Under the pieces are notes generated by a model. That model saw only the letters and a list, made by a program, of their open reading frames with translations. It ran no database searches and was not told the DNA's origin. A program made the position numbers and the translations under genes. Positions 8,795 through 16,029 of a DNA stretch of 64,000 bases are shown here, piece by piece; position 1 is the stretch's first letter, and each line of letters opens with the position of its first letter. This DNA comes from a virus, in the IMG/VR virus record IMGVR_UViG_3300021962_000059; one strand, written 5' to 3'.

Positions 8795-9331
8795 CTAATA
8801 TGAGTAATAAAACTCATCTACTTTTTGAGGTGTAATACCAGCATCATAAATGCGTCGGCGAATATCAATTGCGTCACCTTTGGCACTTAATCCGTAAAAT
8901 TTGCATAACTTACGAAGTTCACCCCAAGACAATTTATACAGTCGTCTTTTAAGACGACTGTAATCGTCGTCATACTCCGTTTCCTCGCTGATAGTTTGGC
9001 TGTCTTGTTTTGTAGAGTTTTCTAGAATGCCACTAACTTCTGGAGTATATTCGCAATCTCGAAGGTAATCAAAAAGATCATAGTAGCCGCCGTTGTCAAA
9101 ATCTTCATCGGTATAATTACATAAAGCATCCAAGAGCGACGGAACATGGTATTCAACCCCATCAATTGTCGCCACTAATAAATCGCTCAAGCGATTAACC
9201 GATATTTCTGAATGAAAAGTGGCACTAAAAGAATTGTTTATGATTAATTCCATGCGGGACTCAATTTCTTTAGCAAGTTCACCTACAGTGAGATCGGAGA
9301 ACAATTCATCAAACCATTTATGGTTAGCCAT
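8795..9331 (-). CDS. Early protein with a SAP-like C-terminal motif (178 aa)
   Basis: N-domain is paralogous to 7644..8699 (YYDLFDYLRDCEYT). The C-terminus LSWGELRKLCKFYGLSAKGDAIDIRRRI resembles a SAP DNA-binding motif. Confidence 0.55.
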   Translation of the reverse strand: MANHKWFDELFSDLTVGELAKEIESRMELIINNSFSATFHSEISVNRLSDLLVATIDGVEYHVPSLLDALCNYTDEDFDNGGYYDLFDYLRDCEYTPEVSGILENSTKQDSQTISEETEYDDDYSRLKRRLYKLSWGELRKLCKFYGLSAKGDAIDIRRRIYDAGITPQKVDEFYYSY

Positions 9332-9430
9332 GTTTAGTACCTCTCGTGTTTTGCTTACATTTCTAATGTATCTGATTCTCCCAATAAAGTCAATAGATTG
9401 GGTGAATTATTTTTGAACGTTTGTACTACT
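9332..9430 (-). promoter_or_regulatory. Early promoter-operator-leader cassette 3
   Basis: -35 TTGACT (9393-9388), 17 bp spacer, -10 TACATT (9370-9365). Same flanking palindrome arms and the same AGTAGTACAAACGTTCAAAAA 5' end. Confidence 0.65.
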
Positions 9431-9808
9431 ACGTCTTTGTTTGTAGCGTTGATGCTGAGATCGTTTTCTTTTGGGATCAAGTTCTCGGTGTTCCAAACAA
9501 TACCCAGAACTGTTACGGCTATTAAGTGCCGTAAACTTACCTATGGCTAGGCAAGCGACACAGTATTTAGTTTCAGGGATACTTACTTCTACAGAGAAAT
9601 TAATCCCTTTTATCTTAGGCTGTTTATCACAGATTAAAGCCACTCTTGTTAAGGCTATGCCAGATAGAGAGTAATCTTGTAATTTAATTAAGTTAGTGTC
9701 GATATTGTCGATATTGTCGATTTTTTGAACAGAAGATTTTAAAACTTCAAAATCTTCTGACTTGAGAGATAGGATTAGGATCATCGTAGTATTTATTGGT
9801 GTTAACAT
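9407..9808 (-). CDS. Hypothetical protein (133 aa)
   Basis: Intact ORF whose basic tail is encoded by the distal part of cassette 3. It has no cassette of its own, and a hairpin abuts its ATG. Confidence 0.35.
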   Translation of the reverse strand: MLTPINTTMILILSLKSEDFEVLKSSVQKIDNIDNIDTNLIKLQDYSLSGIALTRVALICDKQPKIKGINFSVEVSIPETKYCVACLAIGKFTALNSRNSSGYCLEHRELDPKRKRSQHQRYKQRRSSTNVQK

Positions 9809-9809
9809 G

Positions 9810-9831
9810 AAACGGGGAATTATCCCCGTTT
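9810..9831 (-). terminator. Hairpin AAACGGGGA-N4-TCCCCGTTT (possible terminator or attenuator)
   Basis: Perfect 9 bp stem. On the minus strand it is followed by a moderately U-rich stretch (UUUCAUGUU), and its 3' arm ends 1 nt before ATG 9808. Confidence 0.4.
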
Positions 9832-9966
9832 TGACTTACCAAATGCTGTAAAAGTGATAACCACCTTTTATGGCCTCTACGCCGCTAAAATGGGCGTTAT
9901 TGTGTTTGTAAGCGTCGTATATTTCTTTTTCCGTCGGCAACTCTAGAGACAAATCAACTAAAGCCG

Positions 9967-10221
9967 TCACACTGTACAGCGTGTCGTGGCATCCGTGGCT
10001 AAACTCCCCGCAGGAACCATAACCAGTTCCGAGACATAGATAGTGGTGTAGTCTAAAATGTCGTGGTGAATATGTCCGTGTTTTGCCTGAATAGCTTTTG
10101 CTATAAAACTAGCAATCGTGTGACTTCCCCAATGCCATCCGTGATTGCCAATATAGCCATCTTCGTAGATACGAAGTTCTTTTGCTTTAAACTTCTTAAA
10201 CCCGACTTGTTCTGTGTTCAT
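9967..10221 (-). CDS. Hypothetical protein (84 aa) with metallophosphoesterase-like motif remnants
   Basis: Motifs IGNHGWH and HGHIHH...VPAGS resemble MPP motifs III and V, but the N-terminal metal motifs are absent. Confidence 0.35.
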   Translation of the reverse strand: MNTEQVGFKKFKAKELRIYEDGYIGNHGWHWGSHTIASFIAKAIQAKHGHIHHDILDYTTIYVSELVMVPAGSLATDATTRCTV

Positions 10222-10276
10222 GGTATCCTCCTAAATAATAAATTAAATTAAGCAGTTTACTGACTTGCTTGGGTGA

Positions 10277-10630
10277 CTAAAATTTAAAAGTGATAAATTG
10301 TTCTAAGTGTTTGTTTTCCAAATCACGGAACTGTATTTGCTGTAAAGCGATATTCTCCGCTTCTTTATCAATCACAAAAGCGTTAATCATCTCGATGTCG
10401 GGAGATTTCTGATTAGCGATAACAGAAGCATAATATTCTAAATCTCCACTGATAATGTCATAGCGTTCACCAACTTTTTTATTATCAGCTTTTTTGAGGA
10501 TAACAGGGCGAATAAGTCCACCCATTTCAATAATAAGATTGGCTAAATTATCTAATTTAGTTTCGGAGAAGGTTTCTCTGGGAAGGGAAGGATTAATATC
10601 AGTAATATCAACTTGTAAAAATTTCCACAT
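10277..10630 (-). CDS. ParB N-terminal-like domain protein (117 aa)
   Basis: LDNLANLIIEMGGLIRPVILKK...YDIISGDLEYYASVIA resembles the ParB/Srx fold core. The catalytic GxRR motif is not seen. Confidence 0.4.
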   Translation of the reverse strand: MWKFLQVDITDINPSLPRETFSETKLDNLANLIIEMGGLIRPVILKKADNKKVGERYDIISGDLEYYASVIANQKSPDIEMINAFVIDKEAENIALQQIQFRDLENKHLEQFITFKF

Positions 10631-10724
10631 TTATTTAACTCCTGAAATTGTGTGTCTAGACTTATCTTACAATATTCTCCCAAAAATGTCAACTATTTGG
10701 GAGAATTATTTTTGAACGTTTGTA
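10631..10724 (-). promoter_or_regulatory. Early promoter-operator-leader cassette 4
   Basis: -35 TTGACA (10692-10687), 17 bp spacer, -10 TAAGAT (10669-10664). TTCTCCCAAA...TTTGGGAGAA arms and an AGGAG SD. Confidence 0.7.
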
Positions 10725-11528
10725 CTATTCAACGTTAAGCTCTTCTACAAGTTTGACGTATTCCTCGTACGTCGCTGAAAACCAATTGTCTCCAGCCATT
10801 TTTTCGACAAGATAGCAAGCATAAAGGGGCATTCCAGATTCTCGCATTTTTTTTGCAAGAGACCAAATCAGGCACGCCATGTCATTGTCGTCATCACCTA
10901 AAAACTTATCTCCGTCAAACCAGTCAGGAAACATTGGCTTAACTAATGCAATTTGTTCGGCTGTTACAACAGGCAGTTGAATTACATTTGATTTATTTTT
11001 AACTTCAGGTGTAGTTACTGTTGTAATTGCAGGTTTAGCGTTAACAGGCAATTGAATTACATTTGATTTATTTTCAGATTCGGATGCAGTTACTAGATCA
11101 GACAAAGCGGTATCAACCACGGGTTTATTGATAATTTCTGGACTTTTTAATCGAGAGTCCTTTTTCTGCTCATAATATCCGTCAGGAAGTATACTAAAAT
11201 ACTCATTGTCGGCAATTTTTGCAGTAATCTTCCAATCGTCCCCAGACATTTCTTTTATCTCTTGTAAATTAGATCTATAATCGGCATTCTCTACTTGAAT
11301 TACTGTATTGTTAGGATCGACGTAATCAATGTATCCTTTGTAATTATGATACTTTTTAGCAACTGCTTTAACTTCTGACATGGTATAGGAAGAACCGACT
11401 ATAGCTGCAACAGTAACAATGATCAACGAACCTGTTTTAGATTTGCCCATTCTGCAAGTCTTTACAGAAAACTTTAATTCTGGGAATGTTTGAGATAGTT
11501 CTTTTTTGAGTTGGTGTGATTTAGCCAT
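10725..11528 (-). CDS. Early protein (267 aa); N-domain paralogous to 11627..12454
   Basis: Shares QLKKELSQTFPELKFSVKT...YTMSEVKAVAKKYHNY with its neighbour. Contains the internal repeat NKSNVIQLPV twice. Confidence 0.6.
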   Translation of the reverse strand: MAKSHQLKKELSQTFPELKFSVKTCRMGKSKTGSLIIVTVAAIVGSSYTMSEVKAVAKKYHNYKGYIDYVDPNNTVIQVENADYRSNLQEIKEMSGDDWKITAKIADNEYFSILPDGYYEQKKDSRLKSPEIINKPVVDTALSDLVTASESENKSNVIQLPVNAKPAITTVTTPEVKNKSNVIQLPVVTAEQIALVKPMFPDWFDGDKFLGDDDNDMACLIWSLAKKMRESGMPLYACYLVEKMAGDNWFSATYEEYVKLVEELNVE

Positions 11529-11626
11529 GGTTTGTGTCCTCGTGTGTTTTGTTTGTCTAGATTTATCTTACGATATTCTCCCAATAAAGTCAAGTATATG
11601 GGAGAATCTTTTTTTGAACAGGTGTA
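11529..11626 (-). promoter_or_regulatory. Early promoter-operator-leader cassette 5
   Basis: -35 TTGACT (11593-11588), 17 bp spacer, -10 TAAGAT (11570-11565). Palindrome arms and a GAGGA SD. Confidence 0.7.
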
Positions 11627-12454
11627 CTAGGCGGCTAAAAGGATAGAACCGATGTACTCACAGACAGAATGAACCTTAGAAGTTTGGTTTTGTTTTAAAT
11701 TCTTAATTGTTTTTGCGCGTCTATATTGATTGTAGTAATCGTTAATGTCTGGTATCTCAAAAGAGAGATTTAACGCTAGTTCGCCAGTTTCGGACTTAAG
11801 GACTATTTGTTTGTCGGTAATCTCAATTTGAGCGTCCTTAAATTTAGACTCAAGGAATTTGATTGTTGTTTTTTCTGGTTTTTTACAAAACTCGTCTTTT
11901 TTAATCACGGGAGCATCAACTGATTTTAATTGGCTGATTTCCTTCTTAACTTCTACTGGTTTCTTTTGAATTGGTTCTGATTGTTCAATACCTGATTCTA
12001 TTTTTAAGATTTCTAAAACTAATTTAGCTTTATTCCGATTACCTTTGGTAATCGATAATTGGGCATTTAGGCGAGTTAGTTTAATCTGTAGTTTAGCTAT
12101 TTTGTTTTGCGGGGTAACTTCTTTGACTGTTCTAACTACAGTGTTATCGATGGCTTCTTCTTTGGTTTCTTGAATTGTTTCAATTACAGGGTTATCAATT
12201 TCTTCTTTGGTTTCTTCATCAGCATTGACAATAACATTAGTGTCACCAGTAACTGTTTGCCAATCCCAGTTGTGATATTTATTAGTGATTTCTTTTATCT
12301 CCGCTATTGTATAATCAGAATCTTTTAATCCTTTGATAGTTACTGCAATTTCAGTAATATTACCTTTACAAACCATTTTGGTTTTTACAGAAAACTTCAG
12401 TCCCGAAAATGCTTGAGTTAATTCCTTTTTTAATTCTTGTCCTTTGGTAGTCAT
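11627..12454 (-). CDS. Early protein (275 aa), paralogue of 10725..11528
   Basis: Has the conserved N-terminal ~65 aa. The remainder is Lys/Glu-rich. Confidence 0.6.
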   Translation of the reverse strand: MTTKGQELKKELTQAFSGLKFSVKTKMVCKGNITEIAVTIKGLKDSDYTIAEIKEITNKYHNWDWQTVTGDTNVIVNADEETKEEIDNPVIETIQETKEEAIDNTVVRTVKEVTPQNKIAKLQIKLTRLNAQLSITKGNRNKAKLVLEILKIESGIEQSEPIQKKPVEVKKEISQLKSVDAPVIKKDEFCKKPEKTTIKFLESKFKDAQIEITDKQIVLKSETGELALNLSFEIPDINDYYNQYRRAKTIKNLKQNQTSKVHSVCEYIGSILLAA

Positions 12455-12553
12455 TGTCTTGATCCTTGCGTGTTTTGCTTACATTTTTATTATGGATCGT
12501 TCTCCCAATAAAGTCAACTATCTGGGATAATCTTTTTTGAACGTTTGTACTAA
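12455..12553 (-). promoter_or_regulatory. Early promoter-operator-leader cassette 6
   Basis: -35 TTGACT (12518-12513), 17 bp spacer, -10 CATAAT (12495-12490). Palindrome arms TTCTCCCAAT.../...TGGGATAA. Confidence 0.65.
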
Positions 12554-12571
12554 GTATATTTACTCGTTATC

Positions 12572-13010
12572 ATTGTAGATAGATTGTAGATAGGGTGATC
12601 GACAACCGAAACCGTTACCCCGTAAAGGTTCTAGACTTTGTAGATAATGTCAATGCACTATAGAGGAAAAAAGAAGAAAGATAGAACAATAAACCAGACT
12701 GGACAATAAAAAACCGCAAGAGATAAACAAAGTCAACAGTAAAGCTGTTAGTTTGTATCTCGATTGTAGATAAGGTTATCTACAATCGAAAACCTTACAG
12801 GGTATAGGTTTCGAGGTTTGTTTATCTTGTCGATACTCTATACAGGGAAGAGAAAAGATAGAGAGAGATAAACGAACTGGACAATAAGAAAAGGATAAAA
12901 AATCTTGGCACGGGAAAATAGATCAACAATATAAACAAAGTCTAGAATCTATATATATCAATGCTTTTCAATGTTGATCACCTTATCTACAATCTATTTA
13001 CAAACCAACA
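12572..13010. repeat. Left iteron array (about two ~190 bp units, TTGTAGATA/TATCTACAA 9-mers, AT-rich TATATATA block)
   Basis: Units starting at 12572 and 12762 align at roughly 70 percent by eye. A 12 bp-arm palindrome GATTGTAGATAA-GG-TTATCTACAATC lies at 12762-12787. The array is an inverted copy of 23822-24445. Confidence 0.8.
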
Positions 13011-13019
13011 AACTATAAA

Positions 13020-13041
13020 CCCCCTATGAGTCCATAGGGGG
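13020..13041. terminator. Bidirectional hairpin terminator CCCCCTATG-N4-CATAGGGGG
   Basis: 9 bp GC-rich stem flanked by AAA on one side and TTTAT on the other. It lies 22 bp past the stop of 13063..13767. Confidence 0.6.
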
Positions 13042-13062
13042 TTTATATGGGTTTAGGTATTT

Positions 13063-13767
13063 TTACCGTTTTTTATCGTTCCGCATAAGCATTCGACCGC
13101 CTCGCCATCCCCGTGCTTTTTCCCGTTCGGTTTCGAGTAGGTTGAATTTGGCTATGTCTCGCTCTTTTTCGGCGTGTAGCTCTTCGATAACCAGACGCTT
13201 ATAGTCAATCATTGAGTTTTTACTGCTAAAGTCAGCGATCATAGTCTTTTGAGTTTTGATCAACTCCTCTAGTATTTGCTTTTCTTCGCTTAGTTTGACG
13301 ATTTGGCTCTCAAGTTGCCTTACTTCTGTAATTGCCTCGCTCTTGACGCGAAAACCAGCTAAGGTGTGAAGGAATAATCGGACTCCTAACTTAAGCACTT
13401 GAGAGGTTAACTCAGGATTATCCTTTGGCAACCACTTACAGATTAGGTCTTCTGGGATTAAATAAACCCCTTGCAACCCGCCCTCTGTTTGAATTTGAGC
13501 CTGCTTTAGTAATCCTAAGCCTAACCCTTTTGTGTTACCCCCTTGTAATCCGCTCCCTGCCTGAATTTGAGGGTGATTTGGAGATTCAGAAGTTACCCCC
13601 TTGCCATCTTCTTTAGACAGCCGGTTTAATCGCATAATGATGGCGTTGTGACTTTTCCCAGACATCCGTGCGTATCCCTTGATCGATGCGAAGCTTTCAC
13701 CAGTCTGGGTATCGATTATCAGTTCAATACCATCTTGATCAAATCGTTGTAAACTAGAAACAGCCAT
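13063..13767 (-). CDS. DNA-binding protein A: N-domain shared with 22537..23217, C-terminal coiled coil
   Basis: SSLQRFDQDGIELIIDTQTGESFASIKGYARMSGKSHNAIIMRL is near-identical to the N-terminus of 22537..23217 and looks KilA-N/Bro-N-like. The C-terminus is heptad-rich. Confidence 0.55.
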   Translation of the reverse strand: MAVSSLQRFDQDGIELIIDTQTGESFASIKGYARMSGKSHNAIIMRLNRLSKEDGKGVTSESPNHPQIQAGSGLQGGNTKGLGLGLLKQAQIQTEGGLQGVYLIPEDLICKWLPKDNPELTSQVLKLGVRLFLHTLAGFRVKSEAITEVRQLESQIVKLSEEKQILEELIKTQKTMIADFSSKNSMIDYKRLVIEELHAEKERDIAKFNLLETEREKARGWRGGRMLMRNDKKR

Positions 13768-13850
13768 ATTGACTCCTTATTAGTCTTATTGGTTAGTCCC
13801 TCGCGTCAACGAGGGCATATTAGTATTGTACCACTTTAAATAATTAATTA

Positions 13851-13882
13851 TTCCCCAATACAGAATTTTCTGTATTGGGGAA
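13851..13882. promoter_or_regulatory. Operator palindrome TTCCCCAATACAGAA-TT-TTCTGTATTGGGGAA
   Basis: Perfect 15 bp arms. It lies just upstream of the extended -10 TGGTACAAT of gene A. The core AATACAGAAnnTTCTGTATT recurs at 62623-62642. Confidence 0.6.
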
Positions 13883-14009
13883 TCTGGACACAGAAAAAAC
13901 GAGAATCAGGAAACCTATTAACAAAGATAACAAACTAATAAAACCTATATATATCAATACTTTTCACTGTCAATACCCTTGCTAACAATCTGGTAACAAT
14001 ATTAACTAA

Positions 14010-14037
14010 AAACCCGTCAATCAGTTGACGGGTTTTT
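14010..14037. terminator. Bidirectional terminator ACCCGTCAA-N4-TTGACGGGT
   Basis: 9 bp stem flanked by an A5 run and a T5 run. It lies directly 3' of 14040..14285. Confidence 0.65.
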
Positions 14038-14039
14038 AG

Positions 14040-14285
14040 TTAATTAAATTTTTCGTATTCTCTTAATATTATTTGGGTTGCCTCCTCGATTTGTTTTCCT
14101 TTTGATAGTAAGTTGAGAATTTTAGCTAGAACTTGCCTGACTCGTTCTTTACCTATTCCTAATTCTGCTGTAGTTGATGCCACTTTAAAGCGATAGTTCC
14201 GATGCCGGGAAGTGACAGGCACTGGGTCAAGATTGTTGTTTTTAGCCCACACCAGATAGATGTAAGCTTGTCTAGGAGTAATCAA
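14040..14285 (-). CDS. Small HTH protein resembling sigma-70 region 4 (81 aa)
   Basis: TAELGIGKERVRQVLAKILNLL matches the region 4.2 HTH pattern. Confidence 0.45.
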   Translation of the reverse strand: MITPRQAYIYLVWAKNNNLDPVPVTSRHRNYRFKVASTTAELGIGKERVRQVLAKILNLLSKGKQIEEATQIILREYEKFN

Positions 14286-14306
14286 AGTAATTGTCCTTTT
14301 AAAAGT

Positions 14307-14684
14307 TTAGGCATAAAAAACACCATCAGGATCATTTTCGTCAACTACTTCGCCGTCCTCGTTGTACAGTAATTTTACTTTTTCTGGCTTAAAATAAGCA
14401 ATTTTGAATTGTTCCGAAAGTATCTTGATTAAATCTTTAACTTCAGACTGTATCCCGTATTTAAAGCCAAAATAACCACCTTTAAATTCTTCGCCAATTT
14501 TCTTAATAGAAAAATAGCCTTCGCTGCCATTAAAGTAAACACGAATCTCGTCAGGTTTTTTGTCCCAAACACTAGCTTTTACAAAGCAACAAGCTTGCGA
14601 ATGCCACTCCGATCCTTTTGATTGGTTCCAGAGAGTTTGGAGTTTTTGTGCAAACTCTAGTCCTGAAATTAACTTTGCATCCAT
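14307..14684 (-). CDS. Hypothetical protein (125 aa)
   Basis: Intact ORF with an AAACAAAACAC-type leader and an AAGGA SD. Confidence 0.5.
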   Translation of the reverse strand: MDAKLISGLEFAQKLQTLWNQSKGSEWHSQACCFVKASVWDKKPDEIRVYFNGSEGYFSIKKIGEEFKGGYFGFKYGIQSEVKDLIKILSEQFKIAYFKPEKVKLLYNEDGEVVDENDPDGVFYA

Positions 14685-14757
14685 TTGATTTGTCCTTTTG
14701 TGTGTTTTGTTTATATTTTTATAGTAGATCGATTTTCTTGATAGGTGTTGGTCAAGT

Positions 14758-14787
14758 GTGACAGTTTATCAAGTGACACTGCGGGTA
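14758..14787. repeat. 30 bp direct repeat, copy 1 (GTGACAGTTTATCAAGTGACACTGCGGGTA)
   Basis: 27 of 30 positions match 15075-15104. The two copies bracket the structured region upstream of terS. Confidence 0.8.
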
Positions 14788-14804
14788 TCATTGAAAATAC
14801 TTTA

Positions 14805-15022
14805 AAACTATAATCCCAATGCTTTATTAGCATTGGGATTATAGAGAACCACTAGACCAAGTGCGTGCATTAGCTATCTACTATTTCAAGATAGTTACTG
14901 GACTTACACCAGCAAGCTTAGAACGACTTGTTAACCAGTCTCACTAGCCGACTACTATTTCAAATCGGTTGCTGATCTACCCAGTAGCTTATGGAGTCTC
15001 TAATTAATGGATGCACTCGGTT
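14805..15022 (-). ncRNA. Candidate structured ncRNA (~220 nt) antisense-upstream of terS
   Basis: A 16-position closing helix (15022-15007 with 14880-14865) has 14 pairs, including one G.U that exists only on the minus strand. Two hairpins share the loop UUGAAAUAGUAG. The 3' end is a 16 bp hairpin followed by UUUUAAAGUAUUUUC. The promoter is weak or unclear. Confidence 0.4.
14808..14844 (-). terminator. Perfect 16 bp hairpin CTATAATCCCAATGCT-TTATT-AGCATTGGGATTATAG
   Basis: A U-run follows it only on the minus strand. Confidence 0.55.
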
Positions 15023-15074
15023 TACTGTCCATATTCTAAATATATCATGATAATTTTCAGATAGTTGGCGAAGA

Positions 15075-15104
15075 GTGACGGTTTATCAAGTGTCACTGCG
15101 TGTA
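15075..15104. repeat. 30 bp direct repeat, copy 2 (GTGACGGTTTATCAAGTGTCACTGCGTGTA)
   Basis: Second copy of 14758-14787. Contains the inverted pair GTGAC-N12-GTCAC. Candidate pac or TerS-binding site. Confidence 0.8.
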
Positions 15105-15339
15105 CTTTTGTACTGGACTGATTGAATATCCGATTTATTACTGATTTTCAGTATATTTGGTTGTTTTACGTTCGTTCTCGTTGATTATTGATACTGAGAA
15201 TATTGTTAAGCATTTTTAACTATCATAAAGGTTTTTTCCTTTAGAACAATTTAATTTTGTCGGTTTATTTTTTGGTTGCACGGCACAAAAGCTGTCATTT
15301 TGGCATAATATTGATTAATCGAGATTATATCTTAATTTA

Positions 15340-16029
15340 ATGCCAAGACGAAAAAAAGCATCACCAAATAACTCAACCTCGACACCTAAAAGTCCTGTGT
15401 CAGGCAAAGTTAGTCGGTTTGATAATCTAATACCAAACTCACCTATCGAGTTTGGTCACTATCCTATCTGGGAAAGACAGCCTTGCGAAATGTCTCAATG
15501 GTTTGAAAAATTTCAAGCTTTTTACATTCATCTTCCTGCGGGGTACAGAACATTAAATCGTGCTTTCAATGATTGCGCTACGTCGGCAGGCGAGGAGATT
15601 CCAAAGACTGAAAGTAAGCGCAATATTACCGCACCAGAACAATGGCAATTAGCTTATAAAATGTATCGATGGGAGGATCGAGCTAAGGCGTATTGGCTTA
15701 AAAAGATACAAGATCAAGAGGCTTATAGAAATGAAATCCTAAACCAAATAATAGATAAAAGCATAAAGAATGCTTTTAAAACACTCGAAAAAAGCGAGGA
15801 GATAAACAATCGTTCACTGGACGATCCTAACGGCAATTGGAGTCATAAAGACGCTGTAATTATGACTAAAGCTGTCACTGAAATAGTAGAAAAAGCATTA
15901 GGGCTTGACACTGTAGAATATGCTATTAGTATTTTACAAAAAAATGGGTTAAAAGCAATTGATCCTGACGGGAACTTAATAGGACAGCCAACAGATAAGG
16001 GTAATTCAGAAGATGAAACTATCTTATAA
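15340..16029 (+). CDS. terS: Terminase small subunit
   Basis: Basic N-terminus. The segment FEKFQAFYIHLPAGYRTLNRAF...WQLAYKMYRWEDRAKAYW resembles a common TerS HTH/W-R-A motif. It overlaps terL by 17 nt. Confidence 0.6.
   Translation: MPRRKKASPNNSTSTPKSPVSGKVSRFDNLIPNSPIEFGHYPIWERQPCEMSQWFEKFQAFYIHLPAGYRTLNRAFNDCATSAGEEIPKTESKRNITAPEQWQLAYKMYRWEDRAKAYWLKKIQDQEAYRNEILNQIIDKSIKNAFKTLEKSEEINNRSLDDPNGNWSHKDAVIMTKAVTEIVEKALGLDTVEYAISILQKNGLKAIDPDGNLIGQPTDKGNSEDETIL

Noticed and set aside
9836-10060. Alternative frame open for about 75 codons across the 3' end of 9967..10221 (ending ...AHFSGVEAIKGGYHFYSIW*), suggesting a frameshifted longer protein
   Set aside because: There is no slippery site and no recognisable domain continuity. 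The 0-frame C-terminus (VPAGS) fits the MPP-like motif order better. It is left as unresolved rather than reported.
12572-13010. Possible CRISPR array in the repeat-rich non-coding regions at 12.6-13.0 kb and 23.8-24.4 kb
   Set aside because: The units are about 190 bp long and only roughly 70 percent similar. There are no short identical direct repeats separated by unique spacers, and no cas genes. The structure fits iterons, palindromes and AT-rich blocks.
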